A DNA stretch of 8,487 nucleotides from a virus (Duplodnaviria > Heunggongvirae > Uroviricota > Caudoviricetes). Position 1 is the first letter of the stretch. Every line of letters starts with the position of its first letter. Made by a program: the position numbers and the translations under genes. Under the pieces are notes generated by a model. It ran no database searches. It was given only the letters and a program-made list of their open reading frames with translations, and was not told the DNA's origin. The stretch is taken from the IMG/VR virus record IMGVR_UViG_2675903650_000007, positions 1 through 8,487 of that record; one strand, given 5' to 3'. This document shows positions 1-6,980 of the stretch, in pieces.

Positions 1-8
1 ACGCCATA

Positions 9-32
9 TCACTCTCCTTTGATGCGAATGCC
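9..32. repeat. 24-bp direct repeat, copy A (3' junction of Ea22-like paralog 2)
   Basis: TCACTCTCCTTTGATGCGAATGCC is identical at 9-32 and 852-875. On the minus strand it encodes GIRIKGE, the stop codon and the SD of the next gene. Confidence 0.85.
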
Positions 33-530
33 TGTTGCAATGCTGTTTATGATGCTGTCAGTGCATGGGGTAGAAAGCTGGGCATCTCCAGCAATTTTCA
101 TGACCTCAACATCTGCATATCGAATACCGAGGTGTATCAGACCGGCTATGCCTGACTTAAGTCGAACATTTTCCATAAACAGATCTTTTTCCCGCTGTTT
201 AGCGGCTTCCAACTCCATCGACAATTTTTCCAACTGCTCTTTATGCTTCTTGTATTCCTGATACGCGTGCCAAGACTGACCTTTGCGCACACTATCAGTG
301 ATATCAGCAACCTGCTCCGGTGTTAGCGTGGTCAGTGGCTGTGCTGGAAAAATCATCACCTTCCCGGCATCCCAATCAAAACCCGCCTGAATTGACTGAA
401 CCTCAACTGATGGTGTTGAACCGATGCGACCAGGCGAATGAACAACGATCGTTACATCCATATCGCGACGATGGCTGTGGTTGTTGGACAAAATACGATT
501 CACCAACTCAGAAAATTTGGAAAATTTCAT
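9..530 (-). CDS. Ea22-like family prophage protein, paralog 2 (173 aa from ATG at 528-530; the six-frame ORF extends to 659)
   Basis: Minus-strand ORF. Start chosen at MKFSKF because GAGGGA sits 5 nt upstream and the ATG overlaps the upstream gene's stop (ATGA). The C-terminus ...GIRIKGE* is identical to that of the 249-aa Ea22-like protein at 852..1601, encoded by the same 24-bp DNA. Central coiled-coil-like segment ([32 protein letters not shown]). Family assignment is from memory. Confidence 0.5.
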   Translation of the reverse strand: MKFSKFSELVNRILSNNHSHRRDMDVTIVVHSPGRIGSTPSVEVQSIQAGFDWDAGKVMIFPAQPLTTLTPEQVADITDSVRKGQSWHAYQEYKKHKEQLEKLSMELEAAKQREKDLFMENVRLKSGIAGLIHLGIRYADVEVMKIAGDAQLSTPCTDSIINSIATGIRIKGE

Positions 531-850
531 GCTGATCCCTCTTTTTCTCCCCGGATAATTCTGTTGCACACATCCACACACTCGTCGCAGATGAAAACGG
601 CGTCCCCAGCAATTAACTTTTTGACGGCGTACTGGGATTTGTTGCAGAAGCTGCAACAAAGTGTTCGCCTGACTGATAAGGATGGAGCGCCAGATGTCAG
701 CCGCTCCATATCGTTCTTGCGACGCAATATCACACGGCTGAACTCAACCAGTTTCTCCGGGGATATCTCCTCCTCCGTAGCAAGCGCCTCTAATCGTTCG
801 AGTATGTGGAAGGCTTTTTTCTGGGTAATTGCAGAATGCGATGTGGTCAT
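527..850 (-). CDS. Small protein with C-terminal ClpX-type C4 zinc-finger domain (107 aa)
   Basis: Minus-strand ORF. Start at ATG 848-850 with GGAGAG 4 nt upstream, chosen over the in-frame ATG at 892 which has no good SD. The C-terminal segment [35 protein letters not shown] closely resembles the N-terminal zinc-binding domain of ClpX (CSFCGKSQHEVRKLIAG..ICDECVDLCNDII), including all four Cys. Stop overlaps the start of the downstream gene (ATGA). Confidence 0.7.
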   Translation of the reverse strand: MTTSHSAITQKKAFHILERLEALATEEEISPEKLVEFSRVILRRKNDMERLTSGAPSLSVRRTLCCSFCNKSQYAVKKLIAGDAVFICDECVDVCNRIIRGEKEGSA

Positions 851-851
851 C

Positions 852-875
852 TCACTCTCCTTTGATGCGAATGCC
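852..875. repeat. 24-bp direct repeat, copy B (3' junction of Ea22-like paralog 1)
   Basis: Same 24-mer as 9-32; flanking sequence diverges on both sides. Confidence 0.85.
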
Positions 876-1601
876 AGCGGCGCGGGAATCATTCCATCGC
901 TTTACTTCTTCACGAATTACGTCAATGCATTCTTTCGAATCCATTAGGTAATCTTCATCAAAAAGACGTTCCTGTTCGTTTTCTATCGCAACAATGATTG
1001 CTTCAACTAACTTTTGTGCCTGAGAACCACTTTCTAACTCTGCAATGCGCTTCTCTGCGGCTTCCAGATTCTCGCGCATATCGTCAACGTACTCGACCAG
1101 AGATCCGCCAGCAGGAATTTCGCATTCCTCGACCAGTTGGAAGTAGATATCAGCTGCGGCCCGTGTGTTGCTATGCCTAGCGTCGCCCATCTCACCTTCA
1201 CGAAGAGCATCGCGTTCGGCGGTAAGATTGGCTATTTTGCTGTCTTTGCCTTCCAGCTCAACGCGCAGCCTCCCAACCGTAAGCGCAATATCCTCGTTCT
1301 CCTGATCGCGGCTTTTGATGTATTGCAGGTTTCTTTCCCGTTCATCCAGCAGTGCCAGCACGGTAGCCGGGTTAGCCTCTGCTATGAATTCAGCGTTTGC
1401 ATAAGCCTGAGCATCTGTTTCAACCAGGCAGTTAACGTGACATTCTGCAATTACGCCACCGGGTTCTCCTTTCCATTTTTGACAAACAAAAACTCCTGTT
1501 AAATTGCCGTGTTGGTTAACAGATGTATGCCCTACGATGTAGCTTCCTTTAGTTGCTTTCTCTGCCTTTTCACGCAGTGCCTGATAGTTAATCTCGCTCA
1601 C
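852..1601 (-). CDS. ead/Ea22-like family prophage protein, paralog 1 (249 aa)
   Basis: Minus-strand ORF with GTG start at 1599-1601 overlapping the upstream stop (GTGA) and GGAGG 7 nt upstream. N-terminus [19 protein letters not shown].., acidic coiled-coil middle, C-terminal ..GIRIKGE* shared with 9..530. Family assignment is from memory of E. coli prophage annotations. Confidence 0.6.
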   Translation of the reverse strand: MSEINYQALREKAEKATKGSYIVGHTSVNQHGNLTGVFVCQKWKGEPGGVIAECHVNCLVETDAQAYANAEFIAEANPATVLALLDERERNLQYIKSRDQENEDIALTVGRLRVELEGKDSKIANLTAERDALREGEMGDARHSNTRAAADIYFQLVEECEIPAGGSLVEYVDDMRENLEAAEKRIAELESGSQAQKLVEAIIVAIENEQERLFDEDYLMDSKECIDVIREEVKRWNDSRAAGIRIKGE

Positions 1602-1822
1602 TCTTCATCCTCCAAGTCGGCAACGGCGTCCATCACATCAGAACCGCGAATAACCTCAAAAGCACGGCAGGCCATTTGAAATACCAGTTGCTCTTGCGGG
1701 TGAGGAGACTCCCAATATTTGAAGCCTGGGCGATGCGTGTACCCCATCATTGAATAAAAATCACCAGCAAGCTTAATCGCGGCATCGACAAGCTCTCTGT
1801 TAGTCATTCTTTTTCCGCTCAC
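1598..1822 (-). CDS. Hypothetical small prophage protein (74 aa, acidic C-terminus)
   Basis: Minus-strand ORF. GTG start at 1820-1822 overlaps the upstream stop (GTGA) and has GGAGG 6 nt upstream. An alternative ATG start at 1805-1807 would give 69 aa. No recognised domain. Confidence 0.5.
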   Translation of the reverse strand: MSGKRMTNRELVDAAIKLAGDFYSMMGYTHRPGFKYWESPHPQEQLVFQMACRAFEVIRGSDVMDAVADLEDEE

Positions 1823-2250
1823 TGGTTGCCTCCTTTGCGAAGCTGGGCAGCAAAGTCAACTAACCACTCAGTCATTTCAACCTTCCCTACCAGGTCTGAA
1901 CCAGGGTACATACAGCAATCACTCTGCGCCGCTTTGAAATCCTTATACTCATATTCTTGGGCCACCAGATTTTTTGCAGCTTCTATAGCAGCATCCACCC
2001 CCTGCGCCCGGACTTCAGCCAGGAAAGCATCAGTGGCTGGCATATTTCCTGTTGCCTTCATTGCCTCCAAAATAACCAGAACGCCATCTCGCCCAATCTC
2101 CTCGCAGATAACCTCGGTGCTGTCGCCAACAACATCGCAAAATGCCTGAACTGCTTTACGAGCCAGCGCATCTTCCGCCCTGTGAAACGCCTCGCGGTTG
2201 AAATTTTCATATCCCGTCATTGGACCGGCAATATAAACTCTCACCCTCAC
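1819..2250 (-). CDS. Hypothetical protein with nucleoside 2-deoxyribosyltransferase-like (DUF4406-type) N-terminal motif (143 aa)
   Basis: Minus-strand ORF. GTG start at 2248-2250 overlaps the upstream stop (GTGA) and has AGGAGG 7 nt upstream. The N-terminus VYIAGPMTGYENFNREAF matches the K-IYIAGPMTG motif of DUF4406 / deoxyribosyltransferase-like phage proteins, but the remainder is longer and did not match my recollection of that family. Confidence 0.55.
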   Translation of the reverse strand: MRVRVYIAGPMTGYENFNREAFHRAEDALARKAVQAFCDVVGDSTEVICEEIGRDGVLVILEAMKATGNMPATDAFLAEVRAQGVDAAIEAAKNLVAQEYEYKDFKAAQSDCCMYPGSDLVGKVEMTEWLVDFAAQLRKGGNQ

Positions 2251-2639
2251 TCCATCACCTCCTGAAAGTTTCCCCGATAGAACGCCAGCACACGCTGCAT
2301 AACTTCGCTCCTCCTGCTCTCACGACAAATTATGTTCTGCCGTCTGTTGTAACGACGTATTTCTCCGTCAGGTAACTTTCGAATCAGTGTCGGGTCAGCA
2401 GCCTTCTCCGGTGTCTTACGCCATACGCGATACGCCTGCTCTGATGGAAATACCCCGCAACCAGAGAGCCAGACATCACCACTGGCCGCAAGCGCACCAG
2501 ATAAACGACGAATAGCGGTCTTACTGACACCCGTTTTATCTGCCAGTTGTCGAAAAGTTTCTCGTCCGCTCAGGCGCACGAATTCCACAATGCGCGCCTT
2601 CACTTCTTCCCGCTCTTCTGGTGTAAATACTTTTGCCAT
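2247..2639 (-). CDS. Hypothetical prophage protein (130 aa)
   Basis: Minus-strand ORF. ATG at 2637-2639 with GGAGG 5 nt upstream; the ORF track's TTG at 2654 is rejected. Basic, possibly nucleic-acid-binding (..KTGVSKTAIRRL.. resembles an HTH). Stop overlaps the next start. Confidence 0.55.
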   Translation of the reverse strand: MAKVFTPEEREEVKARIVEFVRLSGRETFRQLADKTGVSKTAIRRLSGALAASGDVWLSGCGVFPSEQAYRVWRKTPEKAADPTLIRKLPDGEIRRYNRRQNIICRESRRSEVMQRVLAFYRGNFQEVME

Positions 2640-2654
2640 AAGCGCCTCCGGCAA

Positions 2655-3380
2655 TCACTTTTCCGACACAATACGACCGGATGAATCGACAATCTGTCGA
2701 ACAATATCCCGGTGCTTGTTCAGCTCCCGCAGCGCGGCGCAGACTCGCTCCCACTTCTGAACCTGACCTTTTGCCCGGCGCAGCTCGCGGTTAGCCACAT
2801 GCAGCGATGGTAAAATCAGACCATCCGGATGTTTTCTGGTGAACGACGGCTGTGACTGCACTGTGACCGCCACACTTTCCGTTTTTATTTCTTCCTGTGT
2901 TTCTGCTTCCCGGACAGGTAACGCAACACCTGCTGGCTGAGGAAAGGCTTTACCATCGGTTTCCGCTACGGATGCAGCTTCCGGCTCTGCCGGTAAATCA
3001 GCGCCCGGTATGCAGTAACGAAATTTACCGCCCTGATTCACGCGAATCAGACGCCCTTTGCTGATTGCCATGGCCAGCGATGAATTCGCCCGGCGGGAGG
3101 TAATCCCGAACATCAGTGCCAGCTCATCCGCCGTTTGTGGGCCATGTTGTTCAATCGCCTCAGTCAACATTTGCGCTGTCACTTTCGGTACCGGTGACAC
3201 CGGTTCACTTTCACCAGCCTGAATCAGCCACCACATCGAACCCTTGTTATCCGCTTCACCGCGGCGCTTCAGTTTCCACAGTTCGTTGACCGCATCTTCA
3301 CGGCTGATTCCAAGGCGGGCCGCCACTACCTGTGAAGAGGCTCTTTTCAGTGCTTTCAGTGCGTCAAATACGGTTTCCAT
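2655..3380 (-). CDS. Hypothetical prophage protein with two tandem winged-helix-like segments (241 aa)
   Basis: Minus-strand ORF. ATG at 3378-3380 with GGAGG upstream. Two similar segments (..[25 protein letters not shown].. and ..[28 protein letters not shown]..) suggest an internal duplication of a small DNA-binding module. Sits immediately after the helicase-loader gene, where lambdoid phages carry accessory nin/ren-type genes. Confidence 0.6.
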   Translation of the reverse strand: METVFDALKALKRASSQVVAARLGISREDAVNELWKLKRRGEADNKGSMWWLIQAGESEPVSPVPKVTAQMLTEAIEQHGPQTADELALMFGITSRRANSSLAMAISKGRLIRVNQGGKFRYCIPGADLPAEPEAASVAETDGKAFPQPAGVALPVREAETQEEIKTESVAVTVQSQPSFTRKHPDGLILPSLHVANRELRRAKGQVQKWERVCAALRELNKHRDIVRQIVDSSGRIVSEK

Positions 3381-3409
3381 TAAAATTTCCTCCGGATAAA
3401 AATTACTTC

Positions 3410-4150
3410 TCAGTTCCTGTGCTGGCTGACGTTCGGACGCCAGCTCTCCCAGTTAAACGTCACCCAGCGACCACCGTTCATGGACATGCGGTCCATTACC
3501 CGCTCGCCGAGAAGTGTATTCATCGCTGCATGATTAAGATTTGTCAGCATCCCCACACTGAGTAACGATGCCGTTCTACGGTCAACAATCTGATTCAGCG
3601 TGACCTGCTCATTACGCGTATCCCGTTGCATGCCAATTTCATCCAGTACCAGCAGGTCAACGCCACACAATCCCTGCAAAAATTTTTCGCCCGAGTTTTT
3701 GTTGTCGTAGCTGCCATGTAACGCTAGCATCACATCCGCCACTGTTATCACAATCACACTGCGACCTTTCGCCAGAAGGTGGTTGCCAATAGCCGCCGCC
3801 AGGTGGTTTTTTCCTGTGCCAGGCCTGCCACTGAAAACAAAATTCGTACAGCCGCCTTCCAGCTCTGCCGCAATGGATTTCGCCTGACTCAGGGCATGGC
3901 GCTGACCATCGTTCTGCACCCGGTAGTTACCGAACGTACACTTCCGGTGAAGCGGCTGGATACCGGAACGGTTAATGATTTTTTCAACCCGCGTCTGATG
4001 ATTCAGACGATTAACCTCCTCGCTTCGCTTACGCCCTTCAGCAAGCTGCCATTCCCGCCACTCCGCCACCGTACGGTACGGAGGGATTGCATCCTGCGGC
4101 ACAAATCTGCTGACTCTTGCCAGAACACCACCTGACGTAATGTTTTTCAT
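3410..4150 (-). CDS. DnaC-like replicative helicase loader (AAA+ ATPase, IstB/DnaC family; 246 aa)
   Basis: Walker [16 protein letters not shown] and Walker B LLVLDEIG motifs in the arrangement typical of DnaC and the Rac YdaV-type loader. ATG at 4148-4150, 6 nt after the stop of the initiator gene. Confidence 0.9.
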   Translation of the reverse strand: MKNITSGGVLARVSRFVPQDAIPPYRTVAEWREWQLAEGRKRSEEVNRLNHQTRVEKIINRSGIQPLHRKCTFGNYRVQNDGQRHALSQAKSIAAELEGGCTNFVFSGRPGTGKNHLAAAIGNHLLAKGRSVIVITVADVMLALHGSYDNKNSGEKFLQGLCGVDLLVLDEIGMQRDTRNEQVTLNQIVDRRTASLLSVGMLTNLNHAAMNTLLGERVMDRMSMNGGRWVTFNWESWRPNVSQHRN

Positions 4151-4156
4151 GATGCG

Positions 4157-5110
4157 CTACCCCCTGAACCCCGGCGGAATTTCGGTATCCGGTTCAGAAA
4201 TATGATTCACGCAACGCTGCGCGGGCGAACGCCCCAGGCGAATTACCAGTTCATCCCATTTTTCCCGGAGTTTTGCCGGACTCATGATGTTTTTTACCCA
4301 GAACGAATCCCGTTGAACACGCCCAAACATTTCACAAATCTGTCGGTGACTACGTCCATCCAGCATACGCATCATGCGCACATCATTCGCCCAGGTCGTC
4401 CAGTTAGGCTCTCTGGGGCGTGATACCTCCCCATCATCACTGGCGGCCTGTTCATACAACGCAACAACCCGTCCCCAGATCCACTGTGCACACGTCAAAT
4501 CCTCCCGGGTTCCCCACTGTCGCTTCGGTACATTCCAAGTATGCGCATCCGGGTGTTTCTCCAGAAATCGCTCAACTGGTGATGATTGTTTTTCGTCCGG
4601 CAGTGAAACGTCTGGACAAGAAGATCTTTTATCTGACGGATCAGGTTTTAATACTGACGGATCGGGGTCAATCATCGCCCCCCTAATCCGCAGTTTTTTA
4701 TCAACAGTTGATCCATCAACATTTGACGGGCCAACCGTTGAGGGGGCAATATTTGACGGGTCATTTTTTGCCGGGCTAATTTTTCTTTTTGGTTTATATG
4801 CCTCACGCGCCGCCGCTGCAGCTGCTTCAAGTTTTTCCACATTAAGCCGATAGATATTGCTTACGTTACGCCCACCGACCTTACGCTCTTCCTTCGTCAG
4901 CCAGCCCTCTTTCGCCAGTTCTGCAATAGCAGATTTAACGGTGGATTCACTTCTTGCACCGATCTGACGCCGGATAGTTTCAATGGCAGGCCATGACACG
5001 CCCTCGTCATTGCTGTAGTCTGCAAGACGGGCCATAACTGCCACCCTGGATAAGATCATGCCGGTGAAGGCGCACCCTTCCCAGACAAGACCATGAAGCT
5101 TGCTGCTCAT
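4157..5110 (-). CDS. Replication initiator / replisome organizer, O-like (317 aa from ATG 5108-5110)
   Basis: Minus-strand ORF directly upstream of the DnaC-like gene. N-terminal winged-helix-like domain, Ala-rich and Pro/Asp/Ser-rich linker, C-terminal domain. The linker DNA contains an iteron cluster and AT-rich tract, as lambda ori sits inside O. The ORF track's GTG at 5125 is rejected in favour of the ATG with GGGGG 4 nt upstream. Confidence 0.8.
   Translation of the reverse strand: MSSKLHGLVWEGCAFTGMILSRVAVMARLADYSNDEGVSWPAIETIRRQIGARSESTVKSAIAELAKEGWLTKEERKVGGRNVSNIYRLNVEKLEAAAAAAREAYKPKRKISPAKNDPSNIAPSTVGPSNVDGSTVDKKLRIRGAMIDPDPSVLKPDPSDKRSSCPDVSLPDEKQSSPVERFLEKHPDAHTWNVPKRQWGTREDLTCAQWIWGRVVALYEQAASDDGEVSRPREPNWTTWANDVRMMRMLDGRSHRQICEMFGRVQRDSFWVKNIMSPAKLREKWDELVIRLGRSPAQRCVNHISEPDTEIPPGFRG
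4634..4800. repeat. Putative origin of replication: iteron cluster plus AT-rich tract inside the O-like gene
   Basis: Direct repeats TGACGGATC (4634-4642, 4655-4663), TGACGGGCC (4724-4732), TGACGGGTC (4754-4762), a degenerate TGAGGGGG (4739-4746) and an inverted near-copy GATCCATCA (4710-4718). Immediately followed by AT-rich tcattttttgccgggctaatttttctttttggtttatat (4763-4800). Confidence 0.6.
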
Positions 5111-5132
5111 AAAACCCCCGAACACCGTGCTT

Positions 5133-5558
5133 TTAGTGCATCACCACAGCATTCCCTGCCGGGCCGCCGCGATTTATCTGGTCATACAAAACGACCGCTG
5201 ACGCAACAAAATCGTCGACATCCTTCACCAGCCGATCCCGCCGTTCGACAATCTCCCGGTAATACTCAGAACTGTGACTGCGCATACGGGCCACCAGCAA
5301 AGGCGGCATCGCCTTTTCGATCGCCGGTAACAGCGCCTGAATTTTTTCAACAGCATCAGGCGTATCCTTCTCCACCCAGCGGAAAATTTTCTGGGTATTA
5401 CGGGCCAGGGCTTCCGGATGGCTGTCGTCGTACAGTTCCGGGAACGTCATCCCAAGTTCGAAATAAGTCCGGGCTATTTCAGCTGCAGGCACTTTCTCAC
5501 CATCAGGATATGCCCAGGCATTCATCGCCATGCGGATGTGTTCATGTTTGATTTTCAT
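5133..5558 (-). CDS. YdaT-like protein (Rac-prophage YdaT family) in the cII position (141 aa)
   Basis: Minus-strand ORF immediately downstream of the cro-like gene, start overlapping its stop (ATGA at 5555-5558). The N-terminus MKIKHEHI.. matches my recollection of E. coli Rac YdaT. It does not resemble lambda CII. Confidence 0.65.
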   Translation of the reverse strand: MKIKHEHIRMAMNAWAYPDGEKVPAAEIARTYFELGMTFPELYDDSHPEALARNTQKIFRWVEKDTPDAVEKIQALLPAIEKAMPPLLVARMRSHSSEYYREIVERRDRLVKDVDDFVASAVVLYDQINRGGPAGNAVVMH

Positions 5559-5818
5559 GAATCAACTCCCAGCGCGGGTTGTGTGTTAGCCTGATAGTCA
5601 ACAGGTATGCCATCGGTTGGGTTGGGGTAAGTACTGCTATCAATCTCGTGCGGGGTCACTACCCACCCTGTTGCTTCACACCAGCGTAAAACTTTCCCCC
5701 CCGTAAGTTTCGCCCGTCCAGTAATAACATGGCTTACCATCCCTTGGGTTACCCCAACAATTTCAGCAAAATCTTTCTGGGTTATACGGGAATGATGCAA
5801 ATATTCTCCAAGATTCAT
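5555..5818 (-). CDS. Cro-like / YdaS-family HTH regulator (87 aa)
   Basis: First gene of the minus-strand operon, divergent from the repressor gene. HTH-like segment ITQKDFAEIVGVTQGMVSHVITGRAKLT. RBS GAGGTG 4 nt before the ATG at 5816-5818. Confidence 0.7.
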   Translation of the reverse strand: MNLGEYLHHSRITQKDFAEIVGVTQGMVSHVITGRAKLTGGKVLRWCEATGWVVTPHEIDSSTYPNPTDGIPVDYQANTQPALGVDS

Positions 5819-5847
5819 TGTTCACCTCATGTTATGTGACCATGAAT

Positions 5848-5890
5848 ATTAATAGCATTGTTATTTTTAAAAGTAAATAGCACTGCTATT
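5848..5890. promoter_or_regulatory. OR-like operator pair and divergent promoter region (PR-like on minus strand)
   Basis: Two 15-bp palindromes 25 bp apart: AATAGCATTGTTATT (5851-5865) and AATAGCACTGCTATT (5876-5890). On the minus strand a near-consensus -10 TATTAAT (plus coordinates 5848-5854) and -35 TTTACT (5872-5877) with a 17-bp spacer overlap the two operators and point into the cro-like gene. A plus-strand repressor promoter is expected between 5885 and 5920 but cannot be placed confidently. Confidence 0.65.
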
Positions 5891-5925
5891 TCAAAGAGAT
5901 TAATAATCTTATTAGAATTGAAGGT

Positions 5926-6426
5926 ATGAAAAGAAAACCCCTGTCAGAGATCGACCTGCAAGCCGCCCAGAGACTGAAAGAAATCTGGACGACGAAAAAA
6001 ACTCAACTTGGGTTAACCCAAGAGCGTGCGGCAGAAATTCTGGGTTTTTCGACACAAGGGGCAGTAAGCCATTATCTAAATGGTCAGACACCTTTAAATC
6101 TAGAGGCTGTTATCAAGTTCGCTGGGTTGCTACAAGTTCCGCCTGAGTCAATTAGACCAGATATGGCAGACTTGTTACGAATTGTAAGGATGTACCCCCA
6201 AGAACTGCAGCAGGATAATGTTGTCGCTTTACCCGCAGAGATGGAACAATCGGAAAACGAACTTCCGTTTAATATAGAACCTATAGAGCGAGATTTGATC
6301 CAGACGTTCAGGGCTTTCCCAAAAGAAGACAAAGAGAAAATGCTTAAGGAAATGAAGGAGAAAAAAGAATCAATTGAAGAAACCGTTGCGCGGTGGCTAG
6401 AGGCGCAAAAAGGTCTTCGCGCCTAA
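5926..6426 (+). CDS. Prophage repressor, XRE-family HTH, no S24 peptidase domain (DicA/RacR/PaaR2-like; 166 aa)
   Basis: Divergent from the cro-like gene across an operator-containing intergenic region. HTH motif LTQERAAEILGFSTQGAVSHYLNGQ. The C-terminus is Lys/Glu-rich helical and lacks a LexA/CI-type autocleavage domain. Followed after 17 nt by the antitoxin gene, so the three genes are probably co-transcribed. Confidence 0.8.
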   Translation: MKRKPLSEIDLQAAQRLKEIWTTKKTQLGLTQERAAEILGFSTQGAVSHYLNGQTPLNLEAVIKFAGLLQVPPESIRPDMADLLRIVRMYPQELQQDNVVALPAEMEQSENELPFNIEPIERDLIQTFRAFPKEDKEKMLKEMKEKKESIEETVARWLEAQKGLRA

Positions 6427-6443
6427 TCTGAGGAGGTTAGAAC

Positions 6444-6635
6444 ATGAGTACAGTCCTTTCCCCGATAATTTCAGAATTTGAAACAATCGAACAAGAAAAC
6501 AGCTATAACGAATGGTTACGCACCAAAGTGGCAGCAAGCCTCGCAGACCCCCGTCCTGCAATTCCGCATGACGAAGTAATGGCTGAAATGGAAAACCTTA
6601 TTGCGCAAATAGCTTCGACGAACAGGAGTGAGTAA
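6444..6635 (+). CDS. Small antitoxin (PaaA2-like) of a ParE-type toxin-antitoxin pair (63 aa)
   Basis: Strong RBS GAGGAGG 6 nt upstream of the ATG. Small acidic protein (..SEFETIEQENSYNEWLR..) whose stop overlaps the toxin start (TAATG at 6633-6637). The sequence resembles my recollection of PaaA2 from E. coli O157 prophages. Confidence 0.75.
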   Translation: MSTVLSPIISEFETIEQENSYNEWLRTKVAASLADPRPAIPHDEVMAEMENLIAQIASTNRSE

Positions 6636-6925
6636 TGCTGCCCATTTTATGGCTACCTTCTGCGCGTGATGATTTGCGTCAGATCGTAGCCTATATTGCC
6701 AAGGAAAACCCTCCCGCTGCACGTAGACTAAAAATACGCATTGAAACATCAGTTTTGTCACTTACTGAACACCCTTACCTGTATCCACCAAGCGAAAGAG
6801 CTCTAGGCCTTCGTGAGATAGTGACCCATCCTAACTACATAATACTTTACCGAGTAACAGCATCTAACATCGAGATCGTAAATGTAGTTCACTCACGAAG
6901 GCAGTATCCAAACAAAAGCTGTTAA
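6635..6925 (+). CDS. parE: ParE/RelE-superfamily toxin (ParE-like; 96 aa)
   Basis: Size and motif pattern typical of ParE toxins (LP-LW..A..DL..I..YIA.-NP.AA..L...I......L...P.-G......L-LRE.V-...YI--YRV....IEI-.V-HSRR). Translationally coupled to the preceding antitoxin gene. Confidence 0.8.
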   Translation: MLPILWLPSARDDLRQIVAYIAKENPPAARRLKIRIETSVLSLTEHPYLYPPSERALGLREIVTHPNYIILYRVTASNIEIVNVVHSRRQYPNKSC

Positions 6926-6939
6926 TCATTCCTACCAAC

Positions 6940-6964
6940 AACCACCTTCGGGTGGTTTTTTTTT
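6940..6964 (+). terminator. Rho-independent terminator of the repressor-antitoxin-toxin operon
   Basis: Perfect hairpin AACCACC-TTCG-GGTGGTT (stem 6940-6946 / 6951-6957, GNRA-like loop) followed by a T-run through 6964, 15 nt after the toxin stop codon. Confidence 0.8.
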
Positions 6965-6980
6965 CTTACCTCCAAAAAAC

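Noticed and set aside
531-659. Longer 216-aa version of the first Ea22-like gene, starting at 659
   Set aside because: It would overlap the upstream gene by ~130 nt in another frame. The internal ATG at 528-530 has a GAGGGA SD and an ATGA coupling overlap.
2536-2754. Minus-strand 72-aa ORF overlapping the junction of the 241-aa and 130-aa genes in another frame
   Set aside because: It is out of frame with two better-supported genes, has no SD and is Arg/Gly-rich.
19-5551. Numerous plus-strand ORFs in the six-frame track (19..261, 320..535, 438..947, 998..1180, 1137..1502, 1826..2149, 1957..2265, 3332..3565, 3779..4135, 4202..4423, 4374..4853, 4420..4686, 5093..5551)
   Set aside because: All lie antisense to well-supported, translationally coupled minus-strand genes. 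They lack SD sequences and have low-complexity or Ser/Cys/Arg-rich compositions typical of shadow ORFs.
5926-6426. Lambda CI-type repressor with a LexA-like S24 autocleavage domain
   Set aside because: The C-terminal half is a Lys/Glu-rich helical segment with no Ser-Lys dyad peptidase motif, so the repressor is of the DicA/RacR/PaaR2 type. RecA-mediated autocleavage should not be assumed.
6084-6761. Minus-strand ORFs 6084..6332 and 6516..6761, antisense to the repressor and TA genes
   Set aside because: They sit opposite strongly supported plus-strand genes with clear RBSs and family motifs and have no translation signals of their own.
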